Positions 22,076 to 35,453 of a DNA stretch of 64,000 nucleotides are shown piece by piece. The stretch comes from Carcharhinus longimanus (lineage: Eukaryota). Position 1 is the stretch's first letter; the number at the start of each line of letters is the position of its first letter. The stretch is from NCBI GenBank assembly GCA_030264375.1, contig JASCQW010000098.1:57155864-57219863 (forward strand), given 5' to 3'. The notes beneath the pieces are model-generated. The model did no database searches and was not told where the DNA came from. It saw only the letters and a list, made by a program, of their open reading frames with translations. Both the position numbers and the translations under genes were made by a program.

Positions 22076-25029
22076 TCCAGAATACAAAATAAAATTATTT
22101 TTCAGTAGCAATCAATTCTTCCTGAGATTTTTAATGCCACTTATATTGAGGTGAGCCCACAAAACCCCAAATGTGGGTTATCTTTACTAAATCAGCAGAT
22201 AGAGCAATTTTCATGCAAATGCATTGAAGGTTAATTACTGGTATAATGTAGCATAATTTCAACACCTAACAAATTTGGAAGCGGCGTAACTCTTGAAAAA
22301 TAGTACACGTGTGGCTAAAGAATAAATAATTAGATTGGTATTTTTATGTATATTTGAAGCAAATTGAACTGGGTCTGCTTTTTCTGCTTTTGGATATGGC
22401 TGATTTGAGAGGTGCCTTCACACTAGGGTCTGTATAAGATCACCACTGGAAAGCTGCCAGAAATGTTCACCAGATTAAATCACTGTAATTACTCGATGTA
22501 ATTACTGGAACATTGAAACTATTAAATTATTAAACTAAAATTAATCAGCCTATTCCACTGCAAACATATTTAAAATGAATTTTCAATACCAGGACAAATG
22601 ACGTGATATGATAATTAATTACCCAGTCTTGAAAGAGAAAATGCCATGAAATGCGGCGCTGCTCTTTTTTAATAAGGGGGTGAGGCCTGAATAAATGCAA
22701 GTGGTTTAATCAAACTGATATCCTCTACTGACTGCTCTGAATCTGTGTCATGAAAAATTTTAAGTGTAACATCCATTAGTACTTTCAACTAAAAAGTTGG
22801 GTGTTAAAATAAAATAGCAAGTTCTGTTCTGTGCTCAAATTGATTTATTTTAGCGATGATTATATCCAGGAAACAAAATGTCATGTCCTCATGATTCATT
22901 ATCCCACAACCTGCATAAAGAAATTGCTTTTGCTTCCTGCTGAATGCCTGAGGTAGAGCAATGCCAGTGCAGGGTGGGTTGCATCTTTCCAGAAAACTAT
23001 AATTAACAGTTGAGCCAGATACTTATTATCATTAAGAGCTCTAGAGATAATGAAATAATACTAACCTGGACATAAAACGTATGTCTTCCTACAACATTAC
23101 TGATTCTTTTTTTTATGGGGTTGGGTGGTGCTATAATTATTGTGATCAGGGGGATCCTAAATTTTGCACATGAGAAATGTATTTAAGGGGAAATAGAAGA
23201 ATTCACTCAGCCTGAATCTCTTACATGAGTTAGGAATTTAGCATGTATCAGTTCAAGTGATTAGCTATCAGATTGTTCTGAGAAGCTTCTGTGTTACTTT
23301 AGCAGAATAATGTGTTATTTTTCTACCACTCAATAAGCTACGAGCAACTTCTACTAATGGTGCCGGCACCAGTATGGTCACAGTGTCTTGTTGAGAAAAA
23401 TCAATTTGATCTGCCCACTCAGCATTCAGTGTTGCTGTAAAGATGTCAAGCATTGTCCTGAAGTTCAAGAATGTACTCCACTGGGTACAGTTAGCCTTTT
23501 TTTGTACTGATTCTTCGAAATTTTTCAATCACACTCAGACTTCCTGTCGTTAAAAGGTCAACAAATGTTGGTTAATTATGTTGGTTAATTATGGAGCACA
23601 AAGCTCCTGACCTTCAGTAGGAAGGAAAAAAACTGAATGAAAATCGTCGTTCAGACACAAGACCATAGTTTGAAGATAATATCCTCTGAGGGAAAGAGAC
23701 CAGGAGAAGCTAACAATAAAAATAAATCAACTGAACAATTATTGACCTATTATTTCAAGTAAACAAACCCCAGTGAACCTAATGCAAATATGAATTTCCA
23801 AAGAGAATGTTTAAAAAGTAGTATTAGTATTTGTTATGAAATTTCAGAACAAATCAACTTCTTTAGTATGTTTAAACACAGAAATTTGAAGACTTGAAGC
23901 CAGAATGTTCTCTGCAATTGTCACTAAAATAGAGATGAGACATAATAAATATCTATCTATCTTCATAAGAAAATCACTGCAAGCTTGCAGTTGAAGGATG
24001 CCTATTAACTTGTTGCAAGAGATTGCGACAATTAAGCTAAAATCTATACCTATTTATACTTTGGTCACATGGACTAATTAAACACACACATAACTGCAGA
24101 TTCTTTGATGGCTGTGTGGCTGTATGGTTGTTTCTTGATTACATGGTAGGAGATTGCTTGCATTTTATTATTGAAATATGAAAAGCTTAATGATTAGGAT
24201 TTGAATAGTTTCAAATGACAGTCTTCCAATTATCGATGTTTGGCAATGAAAACTGTGGATTTGAAAAAATAAGAGTAGTCGTTGAATTAATGATTGACCT
24301 AAAGTGAGACTTTTGTTCATTTGTGTTCCATTTAGTTATTAAAGCTGTGTTATCAAATCTACAAATCCTAACTCTGGTGACATTGATAATTTAATAAACA
24401 CTCCCAGCCACATTTGATCAACCTTTAAACTTCTTTGAAACTGCTTTGATCAATTTAATGCTTTCTCAGTGTAGGAAGCTCCTTCTCCCCATTCCATCTA
24501 TTGTATGAACCAGTCTCTTAACAGAAAGACAAAATGGTAGCTCTCTTTGACCTCAAATAAGCTTGAAGTAACAGTGGACCTTCCATTACCTCTCCCACAT
24601 CACCACCCACCACCTTGCCCCACCACTTTCACACCCCTAAACTCCAGATGGGTGGTTTTTTCATGTCGACACATTGCATTACAGTTTCTAGAATAACTCA
24701 GTTGTCTTGATTTTGCTTCAGTGAGTTCCCCAGTTGCAGGACAATTCATGTTTAAATACAAGTAAAACCTCTTCAGCAATGGTATGGAGAGAGCAGATGG
24801 AGCCTTGGCCACTGAAACCATCCTGTTTTAGATTGCCAATAAGACAAAGGCAAAGAGTTGTCTCACTACCAGTAATGTGGGGAACACCGGCTTCAGATTA
24901 ATTTTGACAATTCAGGTAGATGGAGATTTGCAGCAAAGAAAGGCAGATTAGGATCAAATTAATGCATTTTATTCCTACTACAAGCACAAGGGTCCTGCAT
25001 TTTTTTTTCCGAATGAGGATGGCGATCAG

Positions 25030-25290
25030 TTCGGACTGAGATGAGGAGAAACTACTTTTAAAAATTGGTAATCTTTGGAATTCCTACTCCAGAGGGTTCT
25101 GGATGTTCCATTTTTGAATGCATTTAAGCCTGAGATAGATGGATTGTTGATCTCTCTGAATCAAGTGTTATGGGGAATGGGCCACAAGCCTGAGTTGAAG
25201 CCTGAGATCAGCCATGGTCATATTGAATGGCGAAGCAGGTTCAACAGGCCGTGTGATCTAATCCTGCCCCTATTTCTTGTGTTCTTGTAT
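25030..25290 (+). mobile_element. CR1 3' end fragment (old)
   Basis: actgagatgaggagaaactac...tggaattc...gagatagat...gatcagccatg...gaatggcgaagcagg. Confidence 0.75.
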
Positions 25291-27585
25291 CATCAGCAAC
25301 TTCATTTAATAGTGCCCTTGCAAATATTTCCCCCTGTTTAAATCCCAGACATGGAAATATTCATTTTTTTCACGCTTGCAAATTGAATTCCTTTTTACAC
25401 TGTTCACAATGCTGATGGACTTTAATTCAAAATCCTTTATATTATTGGTTAATGGGATTTAGTCGGTGTTGGTGAAACTACTTTGAATGCCCAGAGAAGA
25501 TGCTCATGAGTCTTCTGAACTGTTACAATGCTTGCAATTATCGTGCCCTCACAGTGGGGATTCCACTTATTGAACTAAAACAATGATGAAAGAATGGGAT
25601 ATTGATCTGAATTTAATTCACTCAGTAATGCAGTGCAAATTTCAAACAGTATCACAGACTGTGACTTCTGAGCTCCGGGGCAGTGTACCTGGGGCTACCT
25701 CAAAGATGCGTTGGCTGCTTCCCCAGCCTCCAGATGTTCCTAGGTGAAGCTCAGCATTTGTCTGGGAAACTCAGACTTCATTGGACAATATCCCAGCGCT
25801 GGGAACCATCCATAAATGCAATTTAAATCACAAACCTTACACCTTACAGCAGTAACTACTCAGAAAAAGGTAGAGGAATTCAAACCACTGCTAGCTTCTA
25901 ACCATCTATAACAGTGACCTCCTCAAACCCCTCACCCTCCACAGGACTCCCTTCAACCCCATGGAACTCTTCCCAGATCCCCCACTATTGCTGCCTGACT
26001 TTGTCCACACCCACTACCCCTCCTCTGACTACTCACTGACCCCTGCCCAAGTGGGATTCCTCTCCCCGCCCCACTCCCTACCCCCCCACAACAATCCCTT
26101 TATCCCTCCCCCCTCCCCCCCAACATCTCCACAGATTTCTGTCCGTTTTAGTGCTCAGGTTAAAGGAATAGATCATAAATAAATCACATCAGATTTCATT
26201 GAAGTGCAAGTGGGCTATGTGTACAGAAGTTTCATAAGATTAACAATAACTGGGGATCCATAGTGACCAGAGGTGAAATCAGAGGTGGAGGCAGCTTGCT
26301 GACTGGTTGATCCTGGATGAACTTGATCCCTGTCCCTGCGCTCTGAAGGCAAGAATCCTGGAGGGCCCTGGCTTACTTTGACTATCCTGCTCTGGGCAAC
26401 TGCTCCCCCTGCCGCCGTCACAGAAGGCAAAGCTGAATGGGTCAGTGACAAAGGGGATCAATAAGGACCAGGCACATTCAGGAGTCCTGAGTGGAGTTCC
26501 CAACGGTTTTTGACAGATGCTCCTCCTTCCTTTGGGTGCCTGAGGGCCCCTGTTTGATTACTTGAGGCGTGGGTGCACCTGGAGGGAGCTTAAGGTGCTG
26601 CATTCTCCTCTCACATCGCCACTGCAAGAGCTCATGCATAGTTACCATGGTGGAGCGTCGGTCTGCATGCACCTCGGCATGAACTGGGTATTCAGGGGCT
26701 CCATGGCATCCGCCACTTACCCCATGAAGATGTCACTATTTCGTCAAAGAGCAAGTGGATAGTCTCCTCCACCTCATGTGCCAGTCTATTGAGGGCCTTT
26801 GACACATCTGTCTGATGATCCCCCCCATCTCTGGCAACTTCCCCAACATCTCATGAATCATCATCATCATCATTCAACTTGGATGTTGTAGACTCCTCTT
26901 ACCAGAAGTTTTCTGAGTGCTGGTGAGTTTAGCTGACCTGCTGAACATGACCCTCAGGTTTCTACATGACTACATTATGCATGGATCCTTACTGGGTCGA
27001 GGTGGCCTGCTGCCCTCTCTATCTGCACAGGCTCAGTCCGGCCTTTCCCTGTCCAGCTCAGCTGCCTGCCTTTTGAGCTCAGTAAGGTTCTTGCGGTCAG
27101 GCCAACCCACTCCTGTATTCTCCCTCTCTTTCTATTTCTATTTCTTTCTCTCTCTGTCTCTCCCTCCCCTGTTCAGCCTTAATTTGGGAGTGAGAGCAAT
27201 TGAGTATTAGGTTTATTTCTCACACTTCCAAATAACCCACTCGATTGTGCACCATGTGACCGATGCACAGCAGCTTTTCCACAAGTATTCTGGCAGCAGC
27301 CTCCAGAGTAGTGATTTTATGCAGATAGAAGGATAAGGCTGATAGAGGCATGTCATTAGAGATGTTTCTTGTTACCCTCAATGCCTAACCCCCACACCAG
27401 TCAGCATTGGGTGGAAGAGTCAGGAACTTAGAGGTGTCTCCACCTGCAGACTAGATGGATTGCAGTGGGGCAATGAGGCATCATCTTACCATATTGAGTA
27501 GCTCTTTTATGCATAGGGTGCACAGATGGTGCCCTTGTCACTGAGGCCTATGTCCCTTCTACCATTCAGTGAGATGACCGCGAGC

Positions 27586-28139
27586 ACAGAATCCATACAG
27601 TGCAGAAAAAGGCCATTTGGTCCATCGCGTCCGCACCAACTCTCTGAAAGAGCATCCCACCCAGACCCACCCCTCCACCCTATTCCTGTAATCCCACCCA
27701 TTTACCGTGGCCAACCCACCTAACCTGCACATCTTTGGACTGTAAGACAAAGTAAAAAGTCTGACAACACCAGGTTTTAGTCCAACCTATTTATTTGATA
27801 ATATACTCACTAGCTTTCGGGNNNNNNNNNNNNNNNNNNNNNNNNNNNNNNNNNNNNNNNNNNNNNNNNNNNNNNNNNNNNNNNNNNNNNNNNNNNNNNN
27901 NNNNNNNNNNNNNNNNNNNNNAACCCGAAAGCTAGTGAGTATATTATCAAATAAATAGGTTGGACTAAAACCTGGTGTTGTCAGACTTTTTACTCTGTAA
28001 GACAAAACCAGAGCAACCAAGGAAACCCACAGAGACGCAGGAAGAATGTGTAAACTCCATATAGTCACCGAAAGCCAAAATCGAACACGAATCTCTGGCG
28101 CTGTGATGCAGCAATGCTACCCTCTGTGCCACTGTGATG
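27586..28139 (-). mobile_element. HE1-type V-SINE split by a Penelope-like insertion
   Basis: Tail half 27586-27750 and head half 27995-28139 rejoin seamlessly at the duplicated ctgtaagacaa. Confidence 0.85.
27751..27994. mobile_element. Young palindromic Penelope-like insertion (family b) with 11-bp TSD; centre in a 100-N gap
   Basis: 27751-27821 is the exact reverse complement of 27924-27994. ctgtaagacaa flanks both sides (27740-27750, 27995-28005). Arms are homologous to 60091-60155. Confidence 0.8.
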
Positions 28140-31100
28140 CCTTTGATCAGTTGAGGATTCACTTAGCCTGGCAGTGCGGATGAGATCGTTCATGGGTTTG
28201 TGGCATTACGAAGCAGCCTCTGGCCCTGCACACTGACCTCTCTGGAGACATCATCCAATGCTAGGTTGCTATGAGAGCCCAGGCTCCTCCTTCCATCCTC
28301 TGGGTAACCCTGGTCTCCCCTGCATTGAGAAGGACCTCCAAGGATGTGTCACAGAATTTGTGGGCCAGAGCTCCCTGTGATCGGTAGGCCACCTCCTCCT
28401 TCAACAGTGGGAAAGTTGATGTCCGGGCACTTTTTAAATATGGTGCCCAGATATGGTGGCAGGGCATGTGCCATTCAACCTGCCCTGCCACGGGAAAAAT
28501 GTGGGGAAACTCCCAACTGTATAATGAATGAGGTTGGGGCCATGGAATTTAGGCTCGGAATGGACAATGCCCCCTGTAATCTTTACTAAACTACTACAGG
28601 AGCGTTCTCAACCAAAGGTCTGAACCAAACCACAGCCAGTGACAATACTTGGTATGTCTCCTAAGATGTAATTCACAGAAGGACATTGGTTTTAATGTTG
28701 TGACACAAAACATGGTCTCCTGGTAAGTATTCACAATTCCAACAATGAGAGGGGAAGGATGAAAAATGAACTAAAATGGGGGAAAGCAGATCATTTAAAT
28801 TCCTTGTTGCAGTTCTGGGTTTTAAGAGTAAATATATACACATAATATAAACAAAATAGTGTTATTCTCACATGTGAATTTACCTGAGTGTGTATAAAAT
28901 ATTACTATACAGTGTGATGTACTTTACCTGTCATCTATAATTGATCACTTTCTGCTGAATGCAATATAGGATCATCACGCTACATTGACATTTAAAACAT
29001 TTTGATTTTGTCCCAATATTAGACATCTTAATGTTTGATTTGCAATATGCACCATGCCATTCCAAGTCCAAGGTGGATGTGATTTGGGAAAAGTTTACAT
29101 TTCATCACACCAACTTTCAGGAATTCAATGGTCGTGATCTACCGCCCCATGACGTGTTTTCCAGTGGCAGAGGCAACTCACCGTTGGATTTTCCGGTCCT
29201 TCTGAAATCTGTGGCGTTTTCTATGGTTTGCCTGCCCACCACCAGGGAACCTGTCTTTGGGGGTTGCTTTTGGTGGGACCGGAAGATCCTGCGAGTAATA
29301 AAGGCTGGAAAATCCCTCACAATGTTTCTTTTATATTGTAGATCAAGTACCTGACACAAAAAGAACACTTCTTTGGCCTGCAAGTTGTTTTGAAGTGGAA
29401 AGAATAAATTAGTTAATTTTGCAGTTCTTTTAGTGATCTGCAGGCATTTTCAATAATGTTGTAAAATTGTTTCCTTAACTATATAGTCAAGGTTAGCCAG
29501 CTTTCACCACATCTCTGCAAAAAGTAATCATCCAGATAAGATACTCGCATCTATTCAAAACTCAATGTAACGGCGCAGGTCAAAAACTGAGGCATAAGTT
29601 GATGTTGCCCATAGATTTTTTATTATAAATTTCTGTATAAATCAATTATTCTGCTTTTCTCTCAATAAAAGGTATGCTGTAAACATTAAAGACAATATTT
29701 AGGGCCATGTGCTGAGATAGAAAATACCCAATTGGCTTCAGTTGGCAGATGCTTAACTCAGTTGCCGAATCGCTGCAGTTTGTTCCAAGGTTCCCAGAAT
29801 GGAATTCTCCATTAGAGTTGGGCAAGATTTTATGATTTAGCCAGAGTGAGGCCATAAAATCCCACTGATCTGTTGCTGTCACCTCACCTCACCACACCCC
29901 TTCTCCCCACAGTGTTTTCCCTGCTTGCTGCCTGAGAAAACACTGACTAATTCTTGCTCGCAGTGCTGGAACTGCAAAATAACATTGAAGTAAGATGCAT
30001 GGATGACACTTCTTTTTTTTAATATATTTTATTTTGTCTTGTGTTAGTTTTTACTCTTTGTATGCATCACCTATTTGAACCATAATACAGCTACATCATA
30101 TTCATGTCTTGCCAAATTGTCTCCAGCTGTGGTAACATGACAAGATCTAATTACTGCAGCTATTACTGGACTCTGGGCCAAACTAACTTGAACATTTTTA
30201 TGCTTCATAGATTAGAATGTCACATGCAGCCAACTGCAAAAGGCAGTTCATGTTACGTTGTTATGATCCAAGTGGAGTAGTCAGCCTCTCACTGATGTAA
30301 TTTGCTCTAAGCTGCCTTATCAGAGATAAGGCTTTGAAAATGATAGGCTGATGGTGGATTATACTGGTCCAAATCTATCTATTTAAACGTATTTCCAATC
30401 ACATTTTATTCTTTGCATCTCCTAGCAGCATGAAACATTATTTTCAAGTTAGCCTGCACTGAGGTACATAGCCATTTGCTGTCACATAGAATATTGCAGT
30501 GTAGCTTTTCTTCATCCCAAACTAAGGTTAATGTCAAGAGCCATAATAAGCCAAGCACAATTGCCACCAGCAAGCAAAACTTGAGTCTTTTCAATCTTAA
30601 ATTTAATTTCACACATTCTAATTGATTTGGCCAGAAATTTATTATTGTAATACTGTGGCCAAATCACCAGTAAGGTCTCGGAAGAAATTTAATGTGAATA
30701 TTTTTCTGTGCCGAGTTTTGTTTGTTAGGGTATATGCTTCACTAACTGCCTGTCGCTTTCTTTTCTTTTCCTCACAATCAGTTCTGCTTTTCTCATCCTA
30801 AGCACTCTTTCTCGTTCCATCAATCTGTCCCAAAGGGCCTTTTTTTTCATTGACCTTGTGGATCATCATTTTGTTGGTCTTCTTTTTAGCCTTCCCACAC
30901 TTCTCTTTTCCTGCTGAGTGCAGTAGTTGTCCTGCCTATCCAGCTGTGTGATGAATTAGTAAGGTGATAGGGCTAACAAAAGAACAAAAGATTCCCTCAA
31001 GTCAGAACAGATTGGTGTCTAATGTACTATTTTAAAATTAGAAATAAGATTCACATCAGCCTATTCCCTCATGCACTGAAAAAAATAACTCGTCCCCTTC

Positions 31101-32133
31101 AGCAAGTAACTTTTGATTAACAGAGTCACATTGTTGCTGTATTACTTACAATGCTGGGGGAGTCCCACCATGGTGAAATCCCTTTTGATTCCAGTTCAAT
31201 TAGTAAATTAATGTCAAAGGTGTGTGATAGTACATTCTGGGAGGTACGTTAATAGCCCGTGAGATAAAGGTGTGACAAATATTCATTTTCTTTGTTGCTT
31301 TCTTATACAGCTACACAACCTTACATAAGCATATGCAAAACCCAAGTCACCACAAGCTGAGAATGTAAAATGAAGCATGGTGTACTATTTTCTGAGCGTT
31401 TTCTGAAGTTGCTTCAAATTGGAACATGCTTGTCTCATAGGAATCTGCACTACATTTTATCTTGCCTTGTTTAGGTGACATCTGCTCTTCCCAAGATGCA
31501 AGTCCATTACTTGCTGTGACTTTGCCAAAAAGTAATTTCTTATACCATAAATATTAGTGGCCTGTTTGCAAGACAGCAATCATATGCACATCTTAGGAAA
31601 GCACTTCCAACTGCCACTACATAAAGAGTAATTTCTTTAGGCCCAAAATTAAATGTACATTTCTGGCAGGATCAGGAATGTTCACTTGATCTGCTGGTCT
31701 CTATAATTCCAGTACTGAAGTTAGTCTTTCAAATTAAAAGGGTTAATATTTCTTTCAAAAATAGGGGAGGTATTTCAGATAAAAAAGATAAATGTACATG
31801 AGGTAACATCACACAGTATAATTTCATGGATAGAACATGTCATGATAAAATATGATAGAATATTCCATTCAATTATTGAATTTTGAATTTATACCCCATA
31901 CAAGGCAACCTTACACAATTTAATCATGAGTTGAGTTACTGATGGTCCTGACTTGGAGATTGACTCTGTAGATAACCAAGAAACATTGACTATTCTTAAC
32001 CTCTCATCCCTGTTTACTTCGAAAGTGTCAAGAACTGAAATCACCCAAAATCAAACAGGAACCAAATTCTTTTCTTGGAAAGATCATAATAAATATTTTC
32101 TGTAAGTATTGGATATTGAGAAGTGTAGTCAAT

Positions 32134-32304
32134 GGCTGGGATTTTCTGGCCCCCTTGTGATGGGGTTTCCAGTGTCGGAGGTGGCCCACCATTGACCCGC
32201 AGCGGGATCTTCCAGTCTTGCTGAAGGGAATGGCACTTTCCATGGCCTTGGCCACTGGAAAATCTACCATGCTGGGGGATATGGAGGTATGCAAAATCCT
32301 GGCC
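32134..32304. mobile_element. Short MITE (Harbinger-like TIRs)
   Basis: ggctgggatttt...aaaatcctggcc inverted termini. Confidence 0.6.
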
Positions 32305-33619
32305 AACATAACTGTTTCTACATAACCAAATAGACTTCAATTGGCTGTTATTCAATGTCACATTTTTGAAAAGCAGCACTTAATATCTTCGAGACACAGA
32401 AATAATGCTGAAAATAACTTTGACACTATCATGATTGATCACTGCAAAGTACAAAGAAGAAACACAACAACTTCAGTTCTAAAATTAAATAGTTATCAGC
32501 AACTCCTCTGTGACAACTAGAGAAAAATAGAATATAAATGGGAAGATGTCATCCTATTTTTACTTTTGGCTTGTAAAATAATCATTTTTGTCAATATCTA
32601 ATAAGATCACATCCCTAAACATTTCTCCCACACAAGGAAGAGTTTTATAAGTTCCGTTACCCAGCCTTGGTTATCAGTACTGTAGGCAATGTTTTAAACA
32701 TGTTGTAAATGCTATCACAAAATTTTTAGATTGCTTCACAGATAGTACAAATGGACAATAAGATAATGCACTTACTTGGCCACTGTATGATAAATCCGAA
32801 CATTGTTTCCAGATGAAATTTACTCTACAAAATTCGTTCACTGCCAGGGTGGAATTTTCCTGCCCTGCCTGCCCACCACGGGAATTGTAGCAGGTGGGAA
32901 AGAAAACTTGACGGACCACAGAAAGGTCTGTTGAACTTGGGTTGGAATTTCCAGTTTTGGGGCACACAAGGCTGGAAAACCCTGCCCATGAAGTGCAAAA
33001 TCCAACTTCAGCAGAAGTACAAAATGGGTACCGGCAGACCATACAACATCCTGCCCAATTTCCCCTCGCATTCAAGGTGGTGGCCTGCTGCCACCAAATG
33101 TGGGCCCCTCCAAAAGTTAAAATGAACTTCTGTAATGTACCACATTACACATTGGTGAGGCTGCCCTTTTCAGTAGGAAATGATTGGACAAAAGTGCACA
33201 AGCTGTACGACTGTATAAGCTTTGGTGCATCTGCATAAGTGCAGTGACATGCACGATACCAAGTAAAATGTCATTACCAATAATAAAAAGAAAGCTACTA
33301 ATAATTTAATGCATTGAACACAGATCTGTAACCGTCGCAATATGGCTTTGTAGCCTCGGTAAGGAATTAATTTCAAGACTGAAACCTGCACATTATTACA
33401 CCATATATGATAAAGATCCAGTTTTCTACAATTTTGCACTGCAACTTTGTGGAGATAACTGGATTGGAACATTTGTGTGCGATCTGCAAATAATCACTTA
33501 AAATACAGAAAAGTCCTATTCCAGGCCGCCTCACTGTACTGTACATCGCTGCCTGACTTATCCAGAACTCCTGCAGTGATCCAGCCAGAAAAAGATGACT
33601 TTTCTCATTGCTATCACAG

Positions 33620-33790
33620 CCATGCACCTGTTTGGCCTAAACTGGCACCTGCAGCCGATGGAAGGGCAGATGTATCAGATCGGTGAGGACAAAGCCAGCA
33701 GTTGGCCAGTGCCAACGGACGTCACATTGTCTCCCTCTGGTGGCACAGGTTTAGGCTTGCCTGAAAGGAAAGGCAAAGGACCCAGTGAAG
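33620..33790 (+). CDS. TENM4: Teneurin-4 exon: end of TM helix and extracellular juxtamembrane linker
   Basis: tcacag|CCATG acceptor, GAAG|gtatgg donor. Translates (A)MHLFGLNWHLQPMEGQMYQIGEDKASSWPVPTDVTLSPSGGTGLGLPERKGKGPSE; the linker is diagnostic of TENM4 over TENM1-3. Confidence 0.97.
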
Positions 33791-34421
33791 GTATGGTCTA
33801 CTGTAAACATAATCAATACTATGAAACTGCTTTGAAATCTGCAGTGTACTTTATGTTTAATATACAAGGCTTTATTTGTAAATGATATTTTTAGAACTGT
33901 ACACGCAATGTTCCCTTTTAATATTTTTCTGTCTTCTCGTTATTAGGAAGCGAGTTTGCTCATTCTCGAACAATTCTATGATCTCATGTGAGCTTTAGTC
34001 AAATGAATATACACTGTATTTTGTGTATATTACATTGTGGTGGATTACGTTTAAGCAGAGTTATTTGATGACCATGACTTATACACATAAACAAAAAGAC
34101 ACTGCACAATGACATGGAGTCAGATATAAATTTTTGCAATAACCATACATTCCCAAAAAATGTTCCGATATGAAACCTCTTCAAAAGCAGTGGCGTGAAA
34201 ATTTTAATACCCTCCATGGCTGACACTGACTTGGATAACCTTCAAATTGGACCCATTCCTACGTTCCAAACTTGCAATATACACCCACAATGTGTTAATG
34301 AATGCATGTAGGCAGCCTATCTTTTTTTAATCTGCTGTCTGTGCTGTGATCACAGACCTCTAGGTATTAAATTGAGAATTTTGATTTGTAATTCAAAAGT
34401 TCTTGCTGTTATTTTGATTTT

Positions 34422-34747
34422 ATGATTCACAGAATCCTACAGTGCAGAAAGAGGCCACTTGGCCCATCAAGTCTGTACCAACCATAATCCCACCCAGATG
34501 CTATCCATGTAACCCCACATATTTACCCTGCTAATCCCCCTGACACCAAGGGACAATTTAGCCTCGCCAATCAACCTAACCCGCACATCTTTGACTGTGG
34601 GAGGAAACTGTAGCACCCAGAGGAAACCCACACAGCCGCAGAGAGAATGTGCAAACTCCACACAGACGGTTATTTGAGGCAGGAATTGAACCTGGGTCCC
34701 TGGCGCTGTGAGGCAGCAGGGCTAACTATTGTACCACCATGCCGCCC
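34422..34747 (-). mobile_element. HE1-type V-SINE (CR1-type tail)
   Basis: Full-length homology to the 11279 copy, in reverse. Confidence 0.9.
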
Positions 34748-34914
34748 ATAAATTCATTGTCAGTGAATGTCACTAAAGGGGACTGTGCTTAAATAACTGT
34801 TCGTTAGGTAGGTCGTTGTTAACCCATAGCTTAGTCCGATGAATAGTAAATAGTGGTCAAGAGGCCAGAAGAAGTTCCCTACTTACCTTTGAATAGTTCA
34901 ATAGATTCTGAGAA

Positions 34915-35040
34915 AGCAGGTGGCACTCAGCATCCCTGAAAAACTGAAGTAAAGTGTCAGCCTAAATCTAGCACTGAAGATTCTGGAGTGGGACTTGAAC
35001 TCTGACTGAAAGGTGAGAATATCCGTTGAATCCCACCCAA
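34915..35040 (-). mobile_element. DeuSINE (SacSINE1-like) head fragment
   Basis: Minus strand ctcacctttcagtcagagttcaagtcccactccaga...ttaggctgacact. A matching L2-type tail fragment (aaagcactttggaacatcctgaggtcatgaaa...gcaagttttcttt) lies at ~18100-18200. Confidence 0.5.
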
Positions 35041-35186
35041 CTAAAATATGAGGATTTTTTTTTTGTTGCATTATCAGGGCACATGGATTGGCAAATTCTT
35101 TAAGGACAGGAGAGCAAAGCCCTTGTGCTCTGTGTTATATATGGATACTTTCCATACACACAACTGGAACTTGTGAAGTGTCATTT

Positions 35187-35453
35187 AAGTTTATTTATTG
35201 GTGTCACAAGTAGGGTTACACTGCAACAAAGTTACTGAGAAAATCCCCCCAGTCACCACACTCCGGCACCTGTTCAGGTACACTGAGGAAGAAATTAGCA
35301 TGGCCCCAATGCACCTGACCAGCACGTCTTTCAGACTGTGGGAGGAAACCGGAGCACCCGGAAGAAACGCCACATGAACACTGACCCAAGCCGGGAATTG
35401 AACCCACGTCCCTGGCACTGTGAGGCAGCAGTGCTAACCGCTGTACTACTGTC
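35187..35453 (-). mobile_element. V-SINE, alternative-tail subfamily
   Basis: aagtttatttattggtgtcacaagtagg...gaaattagcatggcc...gctaaccgctgtactac. Confidence 0.88.

Larger units (their letters stand above)
25700..28560 (-). pseudogene. Second decayed Harbinger-type element with a Myb/SANT-like gene, interrupted by a SINE and a Penelope insertion
   Basis: Minus strand 28400-28167 reads ...AHKFCDTSLEVLLNAGETR...DDVSREVSVQ...CHKPMNDLIRTAR, then a mutated donor ctaagt. Same exon boundary as the 6942 copy. Left boundary uncertain. Confidence 0.6.

Noticed and set aside
23567-23594. Short tandem duplication tgttggttaatta x2 (also the ~38-bp duplication at 2097-2175)
   Set aside because: Ordinary slippage-type micro-duplications.
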